NCBI RefSeq assembly: GCF_018977255.1
Contig: NW_024704743.1
Location: 106,270,001-106,334,000 of the forward strand
Direction: 5' to 3'
DNA: 64,000 nucleotides
Source: Callorhinchus milii
Lineage: Eukaryota
Positions within the stretch are counted from its first letter, which is position 1. Every line of letters begins with the position of its first letter. Shown in pieces: positions 25,501-39,700 of the stretch. The notes under the pieces are model-generated. The model did not search any database and was not told the DNA's origin. It was given only the letters and a program-made list of their open reading frames with translations. The translations under genes were made by a program, and so were the position numbers.

Positions 25501-27549
25501 CCAAGAGAGTTTTTGCGAATACAATTTCCTTGACTGCAGTGCCTGTTTAACTCCCAAAGTTAATTAATTTGGTAAAGTTAACTACCAAACTCCCAGTTCT
25601 TAATTGGTAAAATATGTTAAACTTGTAAATGAGAAACTAACTGGAGTGATTGTTTTTTAGGGGAAATAATGGGATTTATTGGTTAGATTTTAATTTTTAC
25701 ATTGCCCAGAAATAGTACTGCAGTCTTTGGTTTAATAGATTCCGCTCTCTTAAGAAACATGTTGAGGCTGGTCTTTGAAAAATGACACTTGTTTGTTGAA
25801 TTTTTTTATATTTTAAACAAAAGTGTGGAAAGATAATAGTTGCTACCTCCAAAAATAAAAAGTACACAAGTAAACATTACCGCACTCAATATGCCCCCTA
25901 TTAAAGGCACAATTTGTGACTCCAGATTAATTCCCAAACATTACTATAATTTAAAAAGTGAGATTGAAGTAAAAAGTAACAAGTAATGGAAATATAACAA
26001 CAACAAGATTACATTTGTATAGCGCCTTTCACGTCGGGAGGACATCCCAAGGCGCTGGACAGTGTACAGCATTTCAGACCCGAGCTGGGGAAAATAAGGA
26101 ACAGATAGTGGAAGTAACTATTGTCCAAAATGTGCAGATCATCCACTGCAAATCCCACTATTACACTGTATAAAAAGAAATCCCAATCAAAAGGGAATTT
26201 GCATTCCTGATTCCCAACCATAATCGTTATTTCTGGAGTAATTCATTGGGAACAAACTTGAATTCCAAAAATAATTAACAAATGCAAACGAATATGATTT
26301 TGTTTGCCACGTGAACTAAATAAATTCAAGGTGAATATGCCATTTATGCACTGAAGTTGTTTTCAATTTTGTGCTGCAGCAACCTAATTTCTTTGTAATA
26401 TATTGTACATTATAACTACCTCAGTCGTGGTTTACTTTATGCATACTGTTTGGAGATTTGTTTGTGTTAATGCATACAAAAATGGACTTTGCACTTTTCT
26501 ATGACTAACAATTTTTCCTTTATAGGTTTTGTTAAGAATTCATATGAGCATTTTCTTTTATGCTACACTAAGTGTTTGCATAGATACATGATACTGTATG
26601 TTTCTTTTTACAACTGTAAATAGCAAGTGGAAATCGGCAGATGTAACAGTATGTATTATACATGGCATTCCATGAACATCTGAATTTTACATACAACCCG
26701 TTCATTTTTAACTTCAGATTTAGAGATAATTTTGCATTATTTGCTGTATAAATATAAATGGTATTCCTTTTATCGGTCTGAAAATACACCCTCCAATTCC
26801 CAATACTGTCAGTTGTAAAGAAAGGATTTTATATTTGCAACGTGTGTTATGTCAATTGCTAGATTATGAATATTCTTGCCTCAGTGCTTACATAATACAC
26901 TGAACTTCTTATTGGGCTGCAATGTGCTTACTGTACTTGTTACTGAAAGGTTTTTTTCATTTATAGGTAATACAGCAAGCCGATCGACTTTAAAATAAAT
27001 AGCTGCTAAGAAGTCAGAAGGAATATGATGTTTTCATTTAGAGTGTGCTCTGAATAATAAGGACACTTGGGTTCAGTGCAAGCAGAGTACTGCAAAGCAA
27101 AAGAGTAAGATACAGTAGGCAAATAAATGTGTTTTAATAACTGTAAAAAAAACAAGAGCAATCTGTTGGGGATGGAGGAATATTACTGTGAATAAATAAA
27201 AAATGGATAGAAGCTAATCTGATCCCATTCTGTGAGACATTCCTTTAATAATGCAGACTGTAAAGACTGTCTTTCTTGGCTAATGACTGCTGATGTAATG
27301 CTACTTGCAATAGGAAAAGTTGTAAACACAAAATAGCAGGTTGTGCATTATGTATTTACTGGTTATTTTGACTGTAAAGTGAGTTGCATTATTATGGTGA
27401 CGGAAATTTAAAGTAGTGTTTTTAAAAAAAAATTGGTTAAAGCTGTTTTTTCTTGTAAAAGTAAACAAATGGAATACTTGAAATTTTGTATATCTCAGAA
27501 TTTTTGTATACTTTTTATTTTATTGCAGCACAAGGTACCAAAATCATTG

Positions 27550-27555
27550 AATAAA
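27550..27555 (+). promoter_or_regulatory. Candidate distal polyadenylation signal of XKR4
   Basis: AATAAA preceded by U-rich TTTTGTA elements and followed by GT/T-rich sequence; a second AATAAA at about 27616. Confidence 0.4.
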
Positions 27556-30500
27556 TACACTGTGGCCATTCTATCAACGGAATTTTCATTGTGTGGGTGC
27601 TCTTTGTTTTCCATTAATAAACACAGATCTATGACTACTTGTGGATTACCAGGAAACAAATAGACCTGCATAGACCATGTCTCTGTTTTGACATTTGCAG
27701 ACTAGGTTTAGCTAAACCCTTAGCTTTCTTTGATTTGAGATTCACTCAAAATTCATTAAAGAGCTCAGAGATAGGTACAGTACGTACTTCTGCATCATAT
27801 GCCAGAAAATGAGGCTGACACTTTCAGCACTGTATGACTGAGGTACTTGAGAAGCAAAATCAAGGCCCCGGGTCCCAGTGTGCTGCCCAACAATCCATCA
27901 GAGAGAAAAAAATTGGACATTCACCTCACAGCTATTTGTGGAACATTGTTGCTGAAATTGGCTGCTGAGTTGCCTGTAAATACACAGTTGCTAGATTTTA
28001 CAGGAAAACTCTCAAGTACTTTGAAAAGTTTTGATGTCACAAATTGCAAGAATTATTATTATATTATTAAAAGTTCTTTGGCATATCTAAATGTTCATCA
28101 GGTGGACTCTGGAGATCCCGCACTATTCAAAAAGAGGAGAGTTTCTCACAGTGTTCTGGCCAACAACCATCCAATTAATTGTTCATTCATCTCTTGGCTT
28201 AATGAGGGACATTGCAGAACATAAAAATACTATCTCATTCGTCTACTAAAAAGTCACTACATTTGACAAGAACCACTGTAAAATATTTTGAGATGTATTG
28301 ACAAATGAACACTAAAATAATTTTTTAAAAAATTTAGGTTTTACCCCAGATTACTATTGCCCCAGATTACTATTGCATCAGCAAGTGTAATGTTTGTAAA
28401 TACAGTTTCGATTCACAAGTTCCTTTATTTAAACCTTCCACTCTCTTCCACAATCTGCCCGGTCACTTTCCCAGAATCCTTTTACATTTGCTTCTCATTG
28501 TCACTGTCCAATTGCCAATTAAATCATTAAAGCAACATGCAACACCAAGGAAGTTATTGACTGCCTTATACGTTTTGTCTTGACTTAAGAAAAATCAATG
28601 CCCAAGGTAATTTACACTCCTTAAATATAAACCACTGTAAGACATCTCTCGGTCTGTCAAACCACTTGGGTATAACCGGTGACAAGAACACAAGGTACTT
28701 GTGTTCTAAATCACTTGATCTGATTGGAAAAAGGACACAGATCCTGACTTCTTGAGAGCTAAAGTCAAACACTATTAATTCGATAATGCAGAGTAGGATC
28801 TATGCAGTCAAGAAACAGAAGATAAATGATGTGAAGCTTGTAATCAATACTTAGCTAGTTGTGTTTGATTTACAAAGGATTAATATCCAGTTGCCTTCTG
28901 TCAACCTAGCACTGACCTTAAGAGCAAGGTCTTAAAACTGCAACACCTTTTATGCATTAATATGGAGATGAAAAGACTTCAACTTTCACTTTTGAGTTAA
29001 TAAATGAAAAATAATCTAGAATCTATCAATTTAATTGTTGTGAAGACTGTTATGCTAATGAAACATCTCAGGAGAGGTTCAAAGGCTCACATTGGCAGAA
29101 TGCTTCTATTAAATTACTTGGTGGAGCAGGAGAATGGTGCTAGGTTATTCATGTGAAATCAGATGACTAGAGTAATGCAGGCGGCAGTTAATTAAAGGAG
29201 AACAATTATATCAAGAAATAGAAGGACATCAAAGAAAATTGCAGGAACTGGCAACGCTGCTCCCTTGTGTATTGTAGCCTAATATCACTGCTCATCTACA
29301 AAATACAGTCACTGCACTTCACAGAAAGCTCTTTGAGATGTTCTCAGTGTTTTAAGCACCATATCAAATGCAAGGATTGTATTAAACCACTGAGCAACAT
29401 TTCATCCATTATCTTGCATATTTGCCTACAGACACTTAGTTATTACACTTTAGAGTAAAATCTTGCGAAGCATTTAGAAATGTTTTTGATGACATTATAA
29501 GACTCCAAATCACATGAAAGTATTATTATTACTGTTATAATAATAAATGGATATTAAATGAACTTTAGCCAGAAAATGATCATACAAATTAGAGGTGCTC
29601 TCCATTTAGCACGTGTACCAAATCGTTCCTATAATGGGATTTCAGGACATGTCAAGAACTTCAATACCTACATTGCAACATTCGATCTTAAAATAAGAGT
29701 TAAACTGGCTAAAAGTGACATAGTAGATTGGAACGACAGACAGTCATACAGAAATAGGTCATAAATTCCTTTCAGACAATTACGACTATTAACATGACCC
29801 CCTCACCCCCACACACACATATTCTTTCACCACCTGTAGAGAAAGCGAGACGCAGAGAGAGAGAGGCGAGGGCAAAGAAACTGGAGAAGAGAGAGGGAAC
29901 ACTTATACTTTACTTTTGCCACACTAGACAGGCTCTGACCTCGTGGGTGGGTCACTTTTCGTTGTTTATCTGGCAATTAATAGATCAGATATCAAAAACA
30001 CACACAACACACAGTTCTCCTCAAAAAGGTCTCAGATGTCTATTTCGCCAGGATTCATTTGTTGAGATTGTGAAAGTAAAAGGTCACCCCATTCCTTCTC
30101 AGCCAAAAAAAAATATCATATTCCAATTAATGTCGAGTTGGAAATTAATTCACTGCACATTCCAAAAGGTCTGTCCATCCATAGAAAGCCCATTGGGGCA
30201 GTATGTTTTTTTTTGACAGTCTGCGCTCAGAGTGGTTGCGCTTGTTTTCTGGCCTGTAATTCCCTGTGTTGTGTGTCTAAATTTAGCTTGACTGTCAGAG
30301 AAGGTGCAAAGCAAAGGTAAGAGTTTTCTGTCAGGGAGCAACAGAATTCAGAGAGCGAGTACACCTTGTATATCCCAGTGGTCAGTAGCAAGAGACAAGT
30401 GCAGAGATCTGGGAGAGGGTGATATGACTGGGAGAGGGTAATGTGTATCCATCAAAAGAGGCAGCAAAAATCTAAATGAAAGATTTAGATCTTTCTAAGA

Positions 30501-31394
30501 TAATCAGTTATAAGAAGCCATTTCTACAGGACTTTGAAATTGATTTATCTACAAAGACCAAATGATGACTATTGTACTGACTATTTTGTTCCCAGATTCA
30601 GATAATGGATGTTTTTTTTATGTTTATCAAAATGGTCGTGCTGGGAAACATGGTTCTGTTTTGACCACCCAATGACCATATCAAGCACGCGCAGGTCAGA
30701 CACGACATTATTGCTGCAAAGTACAGCTCCCTCTACTCTGGATCACATTTCAATCACATATCTGTCTGTGGTCCCTCTGAATTGACACAGGAAGATCATA
30801 GAGTTTCACATGAAGAAGACATTTGATCTCAAACTTGCAGAATACCAATCACTACCATCTTCCTATTACCGAATAAAATTGTTCCCTGAACAGACCTGTT
30901 GTCCTAGCCTCAACCTCCCTTTCTGGTAACTCTTTCCAGCTGCTGAATGCCCAGTTCTGGGAGGGAAAATACTTGCTGGTATCTGTCCTAAGTTTGCTCT
31001 CTACAAGAGCAACTTGCATTTATATAGCACCCCTTATATGCTTTCTTCGCATTGCTGGCTTAATGTAAATGAAAGGATTCTGAGTTTACTTCCTCTATCC
31101 TTTTCCTAACAGAATCTTAGGAGGTTCCCACTCAGACATCTTTTTTCTAATTGTTCCTTTTAGTTCAGTGGGGAGCAGCCTCTACAGTCAATTAAGCACC
31201 AAATTTAAGGCAATAAATTATCAAGCACATATGAACTGACTTGAAACTGCCCAAATTCACTTAAAGGCAACAGACAGAGTAGATCCCATCAGCCTTGGCT
31301 GGATTTAAACCCAGGTATTAAAGCTTTAGGCTTCATGCCTCCCTCCTGCTCCACCCTACCCACCATCTGCAGGCAAGCATTTCACCCCCTCCCT

Positions 31395-32008
31395 CTGGAG
31401 CTCTCTCACAAATCCCTCCTCCTCGCCTATTCCACACATTCCATGAATCCACGCATTCATCACATCTAGGCTCACCTACACCAACTCCCTGCTTGTCGGC
31501 CTTCCCTCCACGAGCTGCAGATCATCCAGAATTCTGCAGCTTGTGTCCTCTCCCGGACCAGGCTCCATGACCCCATCAACCCCACCCTCGCCCAGCTCCA
31601 CTGGCTCCCCAGAGGATAGAGTTTAAAATCCTCATTCTCACCTTCAAGGCCCTCGAAGACCTTGCTCCTTCCTACCTCTGCAACTTGCTAACCCCATATC
31701 AACTTGTCCGCTCCCTCTGCTCAGCAGACTGTGGCCTGCTCCACGTCCCCCGCACGGCCTGCGCCACCATTGGTGGTCAGACCTTCAGTCTTTCTGCCCC
31801 CACCCTTTGGAACTCCATCCCATATTCCCTTTGCCTCTCCTACTTCAAGACGAATCACAAAACCCTCTCTTCGAGTGCGTCTTCAACCATCCTCCTACCC
31901 TCCACCTTCTCCGATCCCAACCCCCAGCTCAGGTCCAAATCCTTGACGTCCAGCGCCTTGGATGTCCTCCCAATGTGAAAGGCACTATACAAATGTAATT
32001 TTGTATTA
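31395..32008 (+). mobile_element. L2 LINE 3' fragment (decayed)
   Basis: Matches the C-terminal coding region and 3' stem-loop of the 4245-7760 element. Confidence 0.88.
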
Positions 32009-33589
32009 TATTGGCTCTCTACTTTCAACTTCCACCTGAAGACCTAGCACAGCTGAAAATAACCCAGACTCCTTGATTTATTGGTAGGACTTAAAGGCTT
32101 GGAAGGGCAGACCAGCCACTGAGGGCAGGGATTCTTCCCACTCAACTCCTGTTAACCCTGCAAGCCAAAGCCCTAATGGTGCTGTCAGCTGGATAAGCAG
32201 CGGGAAAGCTTCCTAGACAGTGCTTTGATTGGCAAGCTTTGCGGTTTTAGCTGGTTAAACTCCAGCAGTACCCCAATGCACGCTCTGGGATCCCCATCCC
32301 CAAGCCTTGGGTCTTGCCAGCCTACAATTAAAAGTATCCGGATTTAGGTAAGCAGAATGCTTTCCTCCAGGGAGGGAGCACCCATTCCATTTCAATACAC
32401 CAGAATTTCCATGTGTGGGTGGGATGCATGGAACTCTCAGAATGGCTTGGATACCCCGGCTAACCCAAACAAAAACTTGAAGACCTATTCCTTTGACTGT
32501 GCTTTCAGTCAACTCTGCCTACAACCAATCCCCCCACACCCAGCTCTCTTGCAGCTTGGCCTCCTGCTCAGTCTCTATAAAGCATTCTCTGAGAATTTTC
32601 CAAATGGGGAAGGTGCTGTAAAAATGTAAATTGCTTTTGTGAAATTCCACCCAATTTCATCGCAACAATTATAAAACAATATTTGAACATTAAAACATTT
32701 TGCTAAAGAACTTCCAATTAGATTTGAAATAATTTTGCTGAACTAAAGAAGTACGATGGTCTCCAATGTACATCTCCTGTGGGCTTCCCAGAATAGATAT
32801 TTACTAACTACTTCATGTCTGTGTTATAATCTTCAATGCATTTGCACAATTGCTCATTTGCTCAGAAAAAAAAATTTTACATTTAGTTAGTTTGGCTGAA
32901 AACATATAAAGGTTTTGTTTTTTTAAACAATTACTGGTGAAACAGAATGCAAAGTATGAATCTCCCCTCCCCACACTCTCTATTTGGTATATTAGCTGAC
33001 AACCTCCTTCCTCCCACTCAACCACAGCAACTGGTGTAAAAAGAATGGTATGGAAACCAACCTCTCAAATTTGATTTACAGAAACAAACCCTTCAGTTGA
33101 GATAAGAATGTCATATTAATACTTTCTAATGCTTCTCTGTCTTGTGTGCGGTTGCTAATGCATACATAACGTGCATCCATGGTTACAGAGCCTCTCGTTT
33201 GGCTTCATGTTGCAGAATACCTTGGCAACATGGATTTAACAGTCCCCCTGTCACCTTCACACTTGATTTTAAATATTAACCAACTCCAATCCTTTCCTGA
33301 CAGTACATCCTTTTATTTTAAATTCATGGCATGCGGATTGCAAGCTGCAGAATTTTCAAAATGCATGAAAAACAAGTTATATACCTCTGGGAAATCATTA
33401 GTTTATTGCCAACTACTCTGCAGCATCTTCATTAAAGTTTAATATGTTTTTTTCAAAAAAGTTCTAAACAGGATGTTAGTGTGCCATAGAACTTTAGCAC
33501 ATAAATAATGTGCTCTTTTCTTTTGCATGTTGTCTCCCTTCATTACGCGTCTCTTCATTCAGTGGAGGAATTCAATGAGGCATCAAATT

Positions 33590-33800
33590 AGTTCTTAGTA
33601 AAGCAGGTGATGCTCCAGTTATATAGAGTGCTGATCAGACCTCGTTTGGAGTACTGAGTTCAGTTTGGGGCACCCAATCTAACATAGTATATACTTGCCT
33701 TGAAGAGTGTCCAGCAACAGTTCACTAGACTTAAAACCTGGGATAATGGGGCTTATCGATGATGAGAGGCAGGGTGGAGTGGAGCTTTCAAGAAGAGAAA
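33590..33800 (+). mobile_element. CR1-type LINE RT C-terminal fragment
   Basis: ATGCTCCAGTTATATAGAGTGCTGATCAGACCTCGTTTGGAGTACTGAGTTCAGTTTGGG translates to a decayed LY..L.RP.LEY.VQF motif. Confidence 0.7.
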
Positions 33801-36800
33801 TAAAGGCTCCTCAGAGAGATAAACTTCATGATACAAAAGTGTTGGCAAGAAGAAAGAACTTTCCCATCAAGCAGCTTAGCTATCAAACTGCTTATAATTA
33901 ATGATCTCAGAAGCATCAGTCTTAAGCAAATAATGATCTCTGCTGAGGAAATAGAGCTAAAAATTGAAACAAGTGTAGTACAAGTGATTCCCACTGGCTA
34001 GATGAATCTAAATGAGCCAGGCATTAAATACGAAGACTTTGCTTTAGCAACGCGAAAAATAAATGATGCTTAAAGTATCAAAACACTGCACCAATGTTAT
34101 CTTGGGCAGATTCTATCATTTATGACAGAATCTTTAACGTCCATCTGAATAAGTAGATGGGGCTTCGGTTTAATGTCTCATCTAACAGATGGAATCTCTG
34201 ACAACGCAACACTGATGCACTCAATCCTAACCATTTTCTTTGTGCACTGTACTTTTTTTTGTCTTTCTCCATACTAAACATGCGAACTTTCAGCCTGTTA
34301 TTTATAATAAAAATAATGTTATTTCAGCTTTCATGAAGGGCTATGCCTGAAATGTCAACCTATTTTTCTCTTTAAAGTGCTGACCTGCCTGTGAATCTTC
34401 ACCATTTTTGTTTTTGTTACACAAACTATAAAGTTGCAACTTGCCATGATAAAATCCTTTAAGGATTTAAAAGGTTTACATGGCAAAAGTTCATGAATAA
34501 ATAATAATCTTCCCGTTTGATATAGTGTGTGTCCCTTCAAAAAGCAACTTAATGACTTTTTGTAAAGTTGGCGACTATGTATTTGGAGGCAAATGCAGTA
34601 GCAATATCCCATAAACAGCCATTACATAAATAGCTTGAGAATTGTTGGCTAGAATACTCCCTTCTCTTTTTAAGATGCTCTTATTAGTGCAGAAAGCGAC
34701 TTCAGTGTATTAAATGAAATGCAGTGCAAATTTAGGAACTCTTTTTAGGAACCATTCAGAATTGTGTGACATAATATACACTGAAAATACTATCCGTTTT
34801 TGGCATAAATACACTCATGTAAACACACAGGCCTAAGTAATTTATTTTCTACTTCTTTGTGCATTTTTGCCTTTGTGTGGTACACCTTTGATTTATTTCA
34901 ACACTTTGTGTTGAAATAAAATCCTGTTGAGGCTGGAATAGTCTAAGTTGCTGTTGACCACAGGCTTGGACACAGCCAGTATTTTATTCAAATTCAATAC
35001 CAGAACTGTTTCCCTACGGACTTAACTATGATTCATCTTACAACCCCCAACCCCCCAACATACATATACAAAAGTATTGTCATTAAGTCAGTGTTGCTAC
35101 ACTTTCATATTTAAGGCTCAACACTGATTAAGTTGCATGTTCAACAAATTGCAACTCTTTAATACAGATAATAAGTTAAGTTTTTCAGCTAAATGCTCCT
35201 TTATCAATCTGGTTGTAAAACAAACAATTGTTGCTTTTTGTCCTTTATTTATATGGAGGAATTAAAAATATCAACAAACATTTATCCACTTACTTTAGTC
35301 ATGTTTATGTGATTTAAGATGGATTTTAATACCACTTTTAACATAAATTTGCCAACATACAGTATTTTTTTATTAGAGCTTGGATTCCTAGTGGATTTGA
35401 TTCAAATTCTCGTGACCAATTTTAGTATATTTGTAGCATTTGATGTGACATGGGATTTTGCATGGTAAAACTATATGTGTCTACTTACCAGTTTTAACCT
35501 CAATCTCACTTTCCTGAGGATGATACAAAGATGATTTTAGTGTCAGGAAAGGTTAAGTGGCCTTCTATTCTTCTGAATTAGCAATTTCAAACTTATGAAA
35601 GGAATTAGCACAGCTGATTAAAGCCAATTGTTCCCTTTCAAGAAGGGTTGAAATACCAAGGACACAATTTAACAATAACACATTATAAGTAAGGAAAGAA
35701 TCAGGGTAGGAGTCTTGCAAAATAGATTTACCAGGAAGATTATTGCAGTGGAACATATAAATGAGTTCAAAATGGAATCAAATGCATTTCTGGAGTGTGG
35801 ATTAAGTGATGTGGTGAGAAGGCAGGTGAGGCTAATCTACTAAACCATGACTGGCTTATTGGAACTAATCACTTTTCCAATTCCTAAAAAATTATTTTTT
35901 TGCACGGATGCACCAATGCTGTTCACAGTCCCAGATATTGTACAGTGAATGACAATTTAGTAGCAAACAATGGGCACACAAATCCTGTGGGTTGATATCT
36001 GGTCAAAATTGGATCACTTTACAAAGCAATTATAGTTATCAGAATTGAGAAATGTCTTCATGGGAGGCAGGCAGGGCTAGATCCAAACTCAGGTCCAAGA
36101 GATGGAAGTCTCCTGTTTGTACATTATTATTTGACTTCCAGAATTGAAGCCCGAATCAACTTTACCATCAGGACATTACAAATAATTATTAAGCTTAACT
36201 GTGGGAGTTATAATGTAATGTCAATAGAGATAAGTGAAGTGCATTACAATGCCTTATTCATTAGTATTAATCTTAATTTAAAAAAATTGTATCAGCTAAT
36301 AAATCACCTCAATGGTAAAGTTCACATTTAGTTGCCCAAAATGCATTTGTGTTGTAGGAATCAGTTTCCTGGGCATCAGTCAACGACCTCCACGTCTACG
36401 ATGGTAATGCATCTGCTGATGATAGGTTACAGTGCAGACTCATTACTGGTCTGGCAATCAGAATTTTTCTGGTGTGAACCAGAAGCAATCAATCTTCCTG
36501 CTTCGAAGCTTAGCTAAAGCAAAGGTGTGAAGCACACAGTCTCGATGTAAAACAGGTTTCTAAAATGCCTATGGATGCAAGAGATCTCTGAATTTTACTT
36601 GGCTGAATTCAGCGAAGGGTGAAAGTCTGATAGAACTTGATTTTACATCAGAGACAGAGAACAAATTATTTTCAGCAGTGAATGAGGCAGGAGGAGAGAA
36701 GGTATTTAAATTCAAATGTTCTGGGCACCTGAACTTTAATGAAAGCAATGAAGAGATTAATGAAGGAAAGGGATGTCGGTAAAGATCGATCCTCCTCAGC

Positions 36801-37734
36801 TTTATTCATCATGGATGTATTGCTCAGCATTGATATATGACACATGTGCCACATGCAGTTTTTAAACTTAACATTTATCATTGTCAAAATACTACGACTT
36901 ACATTTAATATAGCGCTTTCACATTGGAAGGTTATATCAAGGTGCTTCGCGTGATGTACTGTAAAGTGTAGTGACTGTGTATTTTGTACACTGTCCACCA
37001 CTGACCCCCTCACTCCGAGTCTTAGCTACCACCCCTGATCTGAGCCTCTCCTCCCAAAATGCCAGTCTCTCCACAAGGCCCACCTGCTTCCACTCCCTAC
37101 CCTTCAAGACTCCCACTCAGTTCTTCTCTCTTACCGCCTTCTCCCCCTTCTCTCTCTCTCCTGGACGCTTCCACAGCCTCCCTCTACTCTCACCTGGGCA
37201 TCTTCCTCCAGGCACATTACAGCACTTGTCGATGGTTGTCCCAGAGCAGCCACCCCGACTGCCTCATCCCCAGTCTCTCCGCAAGGCCCACCTCTCCCAC
37301 CTATGGAAAGTAAATTCCCTCTATACCCAAGTATAGATGCACCTTTACTAGCTTCGTCAAAAATGTATAAAAGCACAAATGTTATCATTTCCTGTTAAAC
37401 AAAATGGTTCTACATTGCGTAATATCAACTACTAATTATGCTGAAGATAGTTTTTTTTATAGACATACCAGTTAAGCATTTAATAGAGTTTGTGGATGCT
37501 GTACAGTTAAGAAAATAATGTACATTGAACAATGAAGCAATCTGAAAAAGTTGAACACAAATTACCGATAAATGCAGATTCCTACATTATATGTAGTTAT
37601 TAGGTAACAATTAAAATGTAAAAACGTCAGGAGCTTTGTTCTCAAAATAAACCTATTGAATAAATAGTAATTATCCACTGAGAATAATAGCAAGCTTCTA
37701 AATACTGCTCACTGGCATAAGATTTTCATTTTGT

Positions 37735-37996
37735 TTCCTTATTCCACACGCCCGTTTATCTAGCAATAAGTAGGAACCTGGTAATTTTTTTCCGGGGGTA
37801 ATAATCCCTTCAAAAAAATAACAATAATTTGGTCACCCAACGACTGTTTATTGGACACTGCTGTGCGCAATTAATTGGCTGCCGCGTTTTGCCCACAAAA
37901 TATTCCAGTCAATTCACTTATCAGTATATTCATCTCGAAGACTTGATAAGGCACTATATTAAATACCAGGGTTATTATTATTATATTATTATTATT
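37735..37996 (+). mobile_element. SINE, longer subfamily, 5'-truncated and diverged
   Basis: CCACACGCCCGTTTATCTAGCAATAAGTAGGAACC...GCTGTGCGCAATTAATTGGCTGCCGCG...(TTA)n. Confidence 0.8.
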
Positions 37997-39700
37997 TTCT
38001 TCAATCCTCTTCTACTGCTTTCCAGCCCTCCCACATAAAGTCTGAAATCCTGGGTATGCACTTTTACTGTTTTTGCAGCTTGATACAGATACAGAATGGA
38101 TAGGAAGATTCCTGAACATTTTTTCCTTCTCAAACATTGGTTGTGCATCATGCAGTTCTCCATTTAATGTCAGGAAATCATCTTACAGTAAGTCTCTTTA
38201 GAGCTGAAGAAAATATGGCCTGAGGTGGTCTGGTTTTCTTATCTTGTATGACTCCTAATTCAACTCCTTCATAGCATTATAAGGAGCAATTGCTTCAATT
38301 AACGTTGTTGGTAACCTTCTCCTGTGTGAATATTCCCTCTTTCCACAGACTCTCCTCTCAACTTGGGTTCAAATTTGATTTTCAATTGTGTTGCCCTTCC
38401 ATAATATTCTGACCCCATCATCAATCCTGTAATTTGTTTACTAAAGCTGCCATTTTGAATAACAGTCTGAAGGAGTGAACCTGAGATTTTCCTTCCTGCC
38501 CAGATGCAGCTCCAACCATTTCCGTGCAGTATGTGGTTAACAATATATAAATACAGTTAACAAATACAAGCGTAATCCTAACAAATTTGTTATTCTATTC
38601 AATCTGGAGATGGTGTATGGGAGGAGCAGGTGGGACTGACTCAGGGTGAAGTAATACAAATACCTGTAAGTGTTTTAAATCTGTTGTTGAGCAGTGGTAG
38701 GATAAACATTCATACGTCAGGTGTCCCATATAGTCAAAAACAACTTGCATTTATATAGCATCCTTCCTGTAAAATAACACAAGAACAAAAGCTGCCAGCT
38801 GGAGAAGATTGCTGATATGATGCAGCAACTTGAAAACAACAACAATTTGCATTTATATAACAGCTTTCACGTCAGGAAGACGGACCAAAAAAAGGGGGGA
38901 AAGTACATTGAATCCCGTTTCGCCCACAAAATACAGTCAATCCACTTTGCAATATATTCTGTGAAGCGCTTTGAAACATCTCAACAAAGTGAAAAGGCGC
39001 TATAACAAATGCAAGGAATATTATTATTAATAATAATACAACATAACACAGGAGACAGAGAGCTTGTGAAGGATGGGAGTAATGGAAATATGGGATAAGA
39101 TTCAGGTCTAAAGTTCAATGAACAAGATGAATACAGTTCAACTGATACCCAACTATAGAAAGTTACAGCGTATTCAAGAAATTTTTCAGACAGAACAGCA
39201 ACAATCCTGCAGTCAAGGGTAGCAGGTGTCAATTTGTGATTTGCATATTATCAAATGGAAGGAGGCAGATTGAAAGTCACATGCTTTCTTAAAGAGAAAA
39301 ATACAAACGTGTACTTTCGTCAATCAACTATTAGATAAATTCTACAATGATTCATCAAATGAAAATAAACCTGGACTAAAGTTAAGAAGCTGCATGTACC
39401 TGGAATATAGCCAGACCAGGCACAAGGAAACCCATAAACTAAACATGAACAAAAGTGTTGGCAAAACCACAATTTTTACTAAATATTTACCTGTAAAACT
39501 AAACTATGTCATCCAATTCACACACAAACAATTTGAAACCAAATAGTTTATTGGAATGTTTGAAAAACAAAACTTTAAAAAATTGCAAATTAAGCCACAT
39601 TGTTTCACAATCAAATTGATTGCAAAACCTGTTGCATCATTAACTGATTTAACACAAAATTACTTTGAAAACATCAGTAAAATTCAAAAAACAGTTTACA

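Noticed and set aside
28344..28375. 16-bp perfect tandem duplication CCCCAGATTACTATTG
   Set aside because: A simple local duplication with no spacer or associated element.
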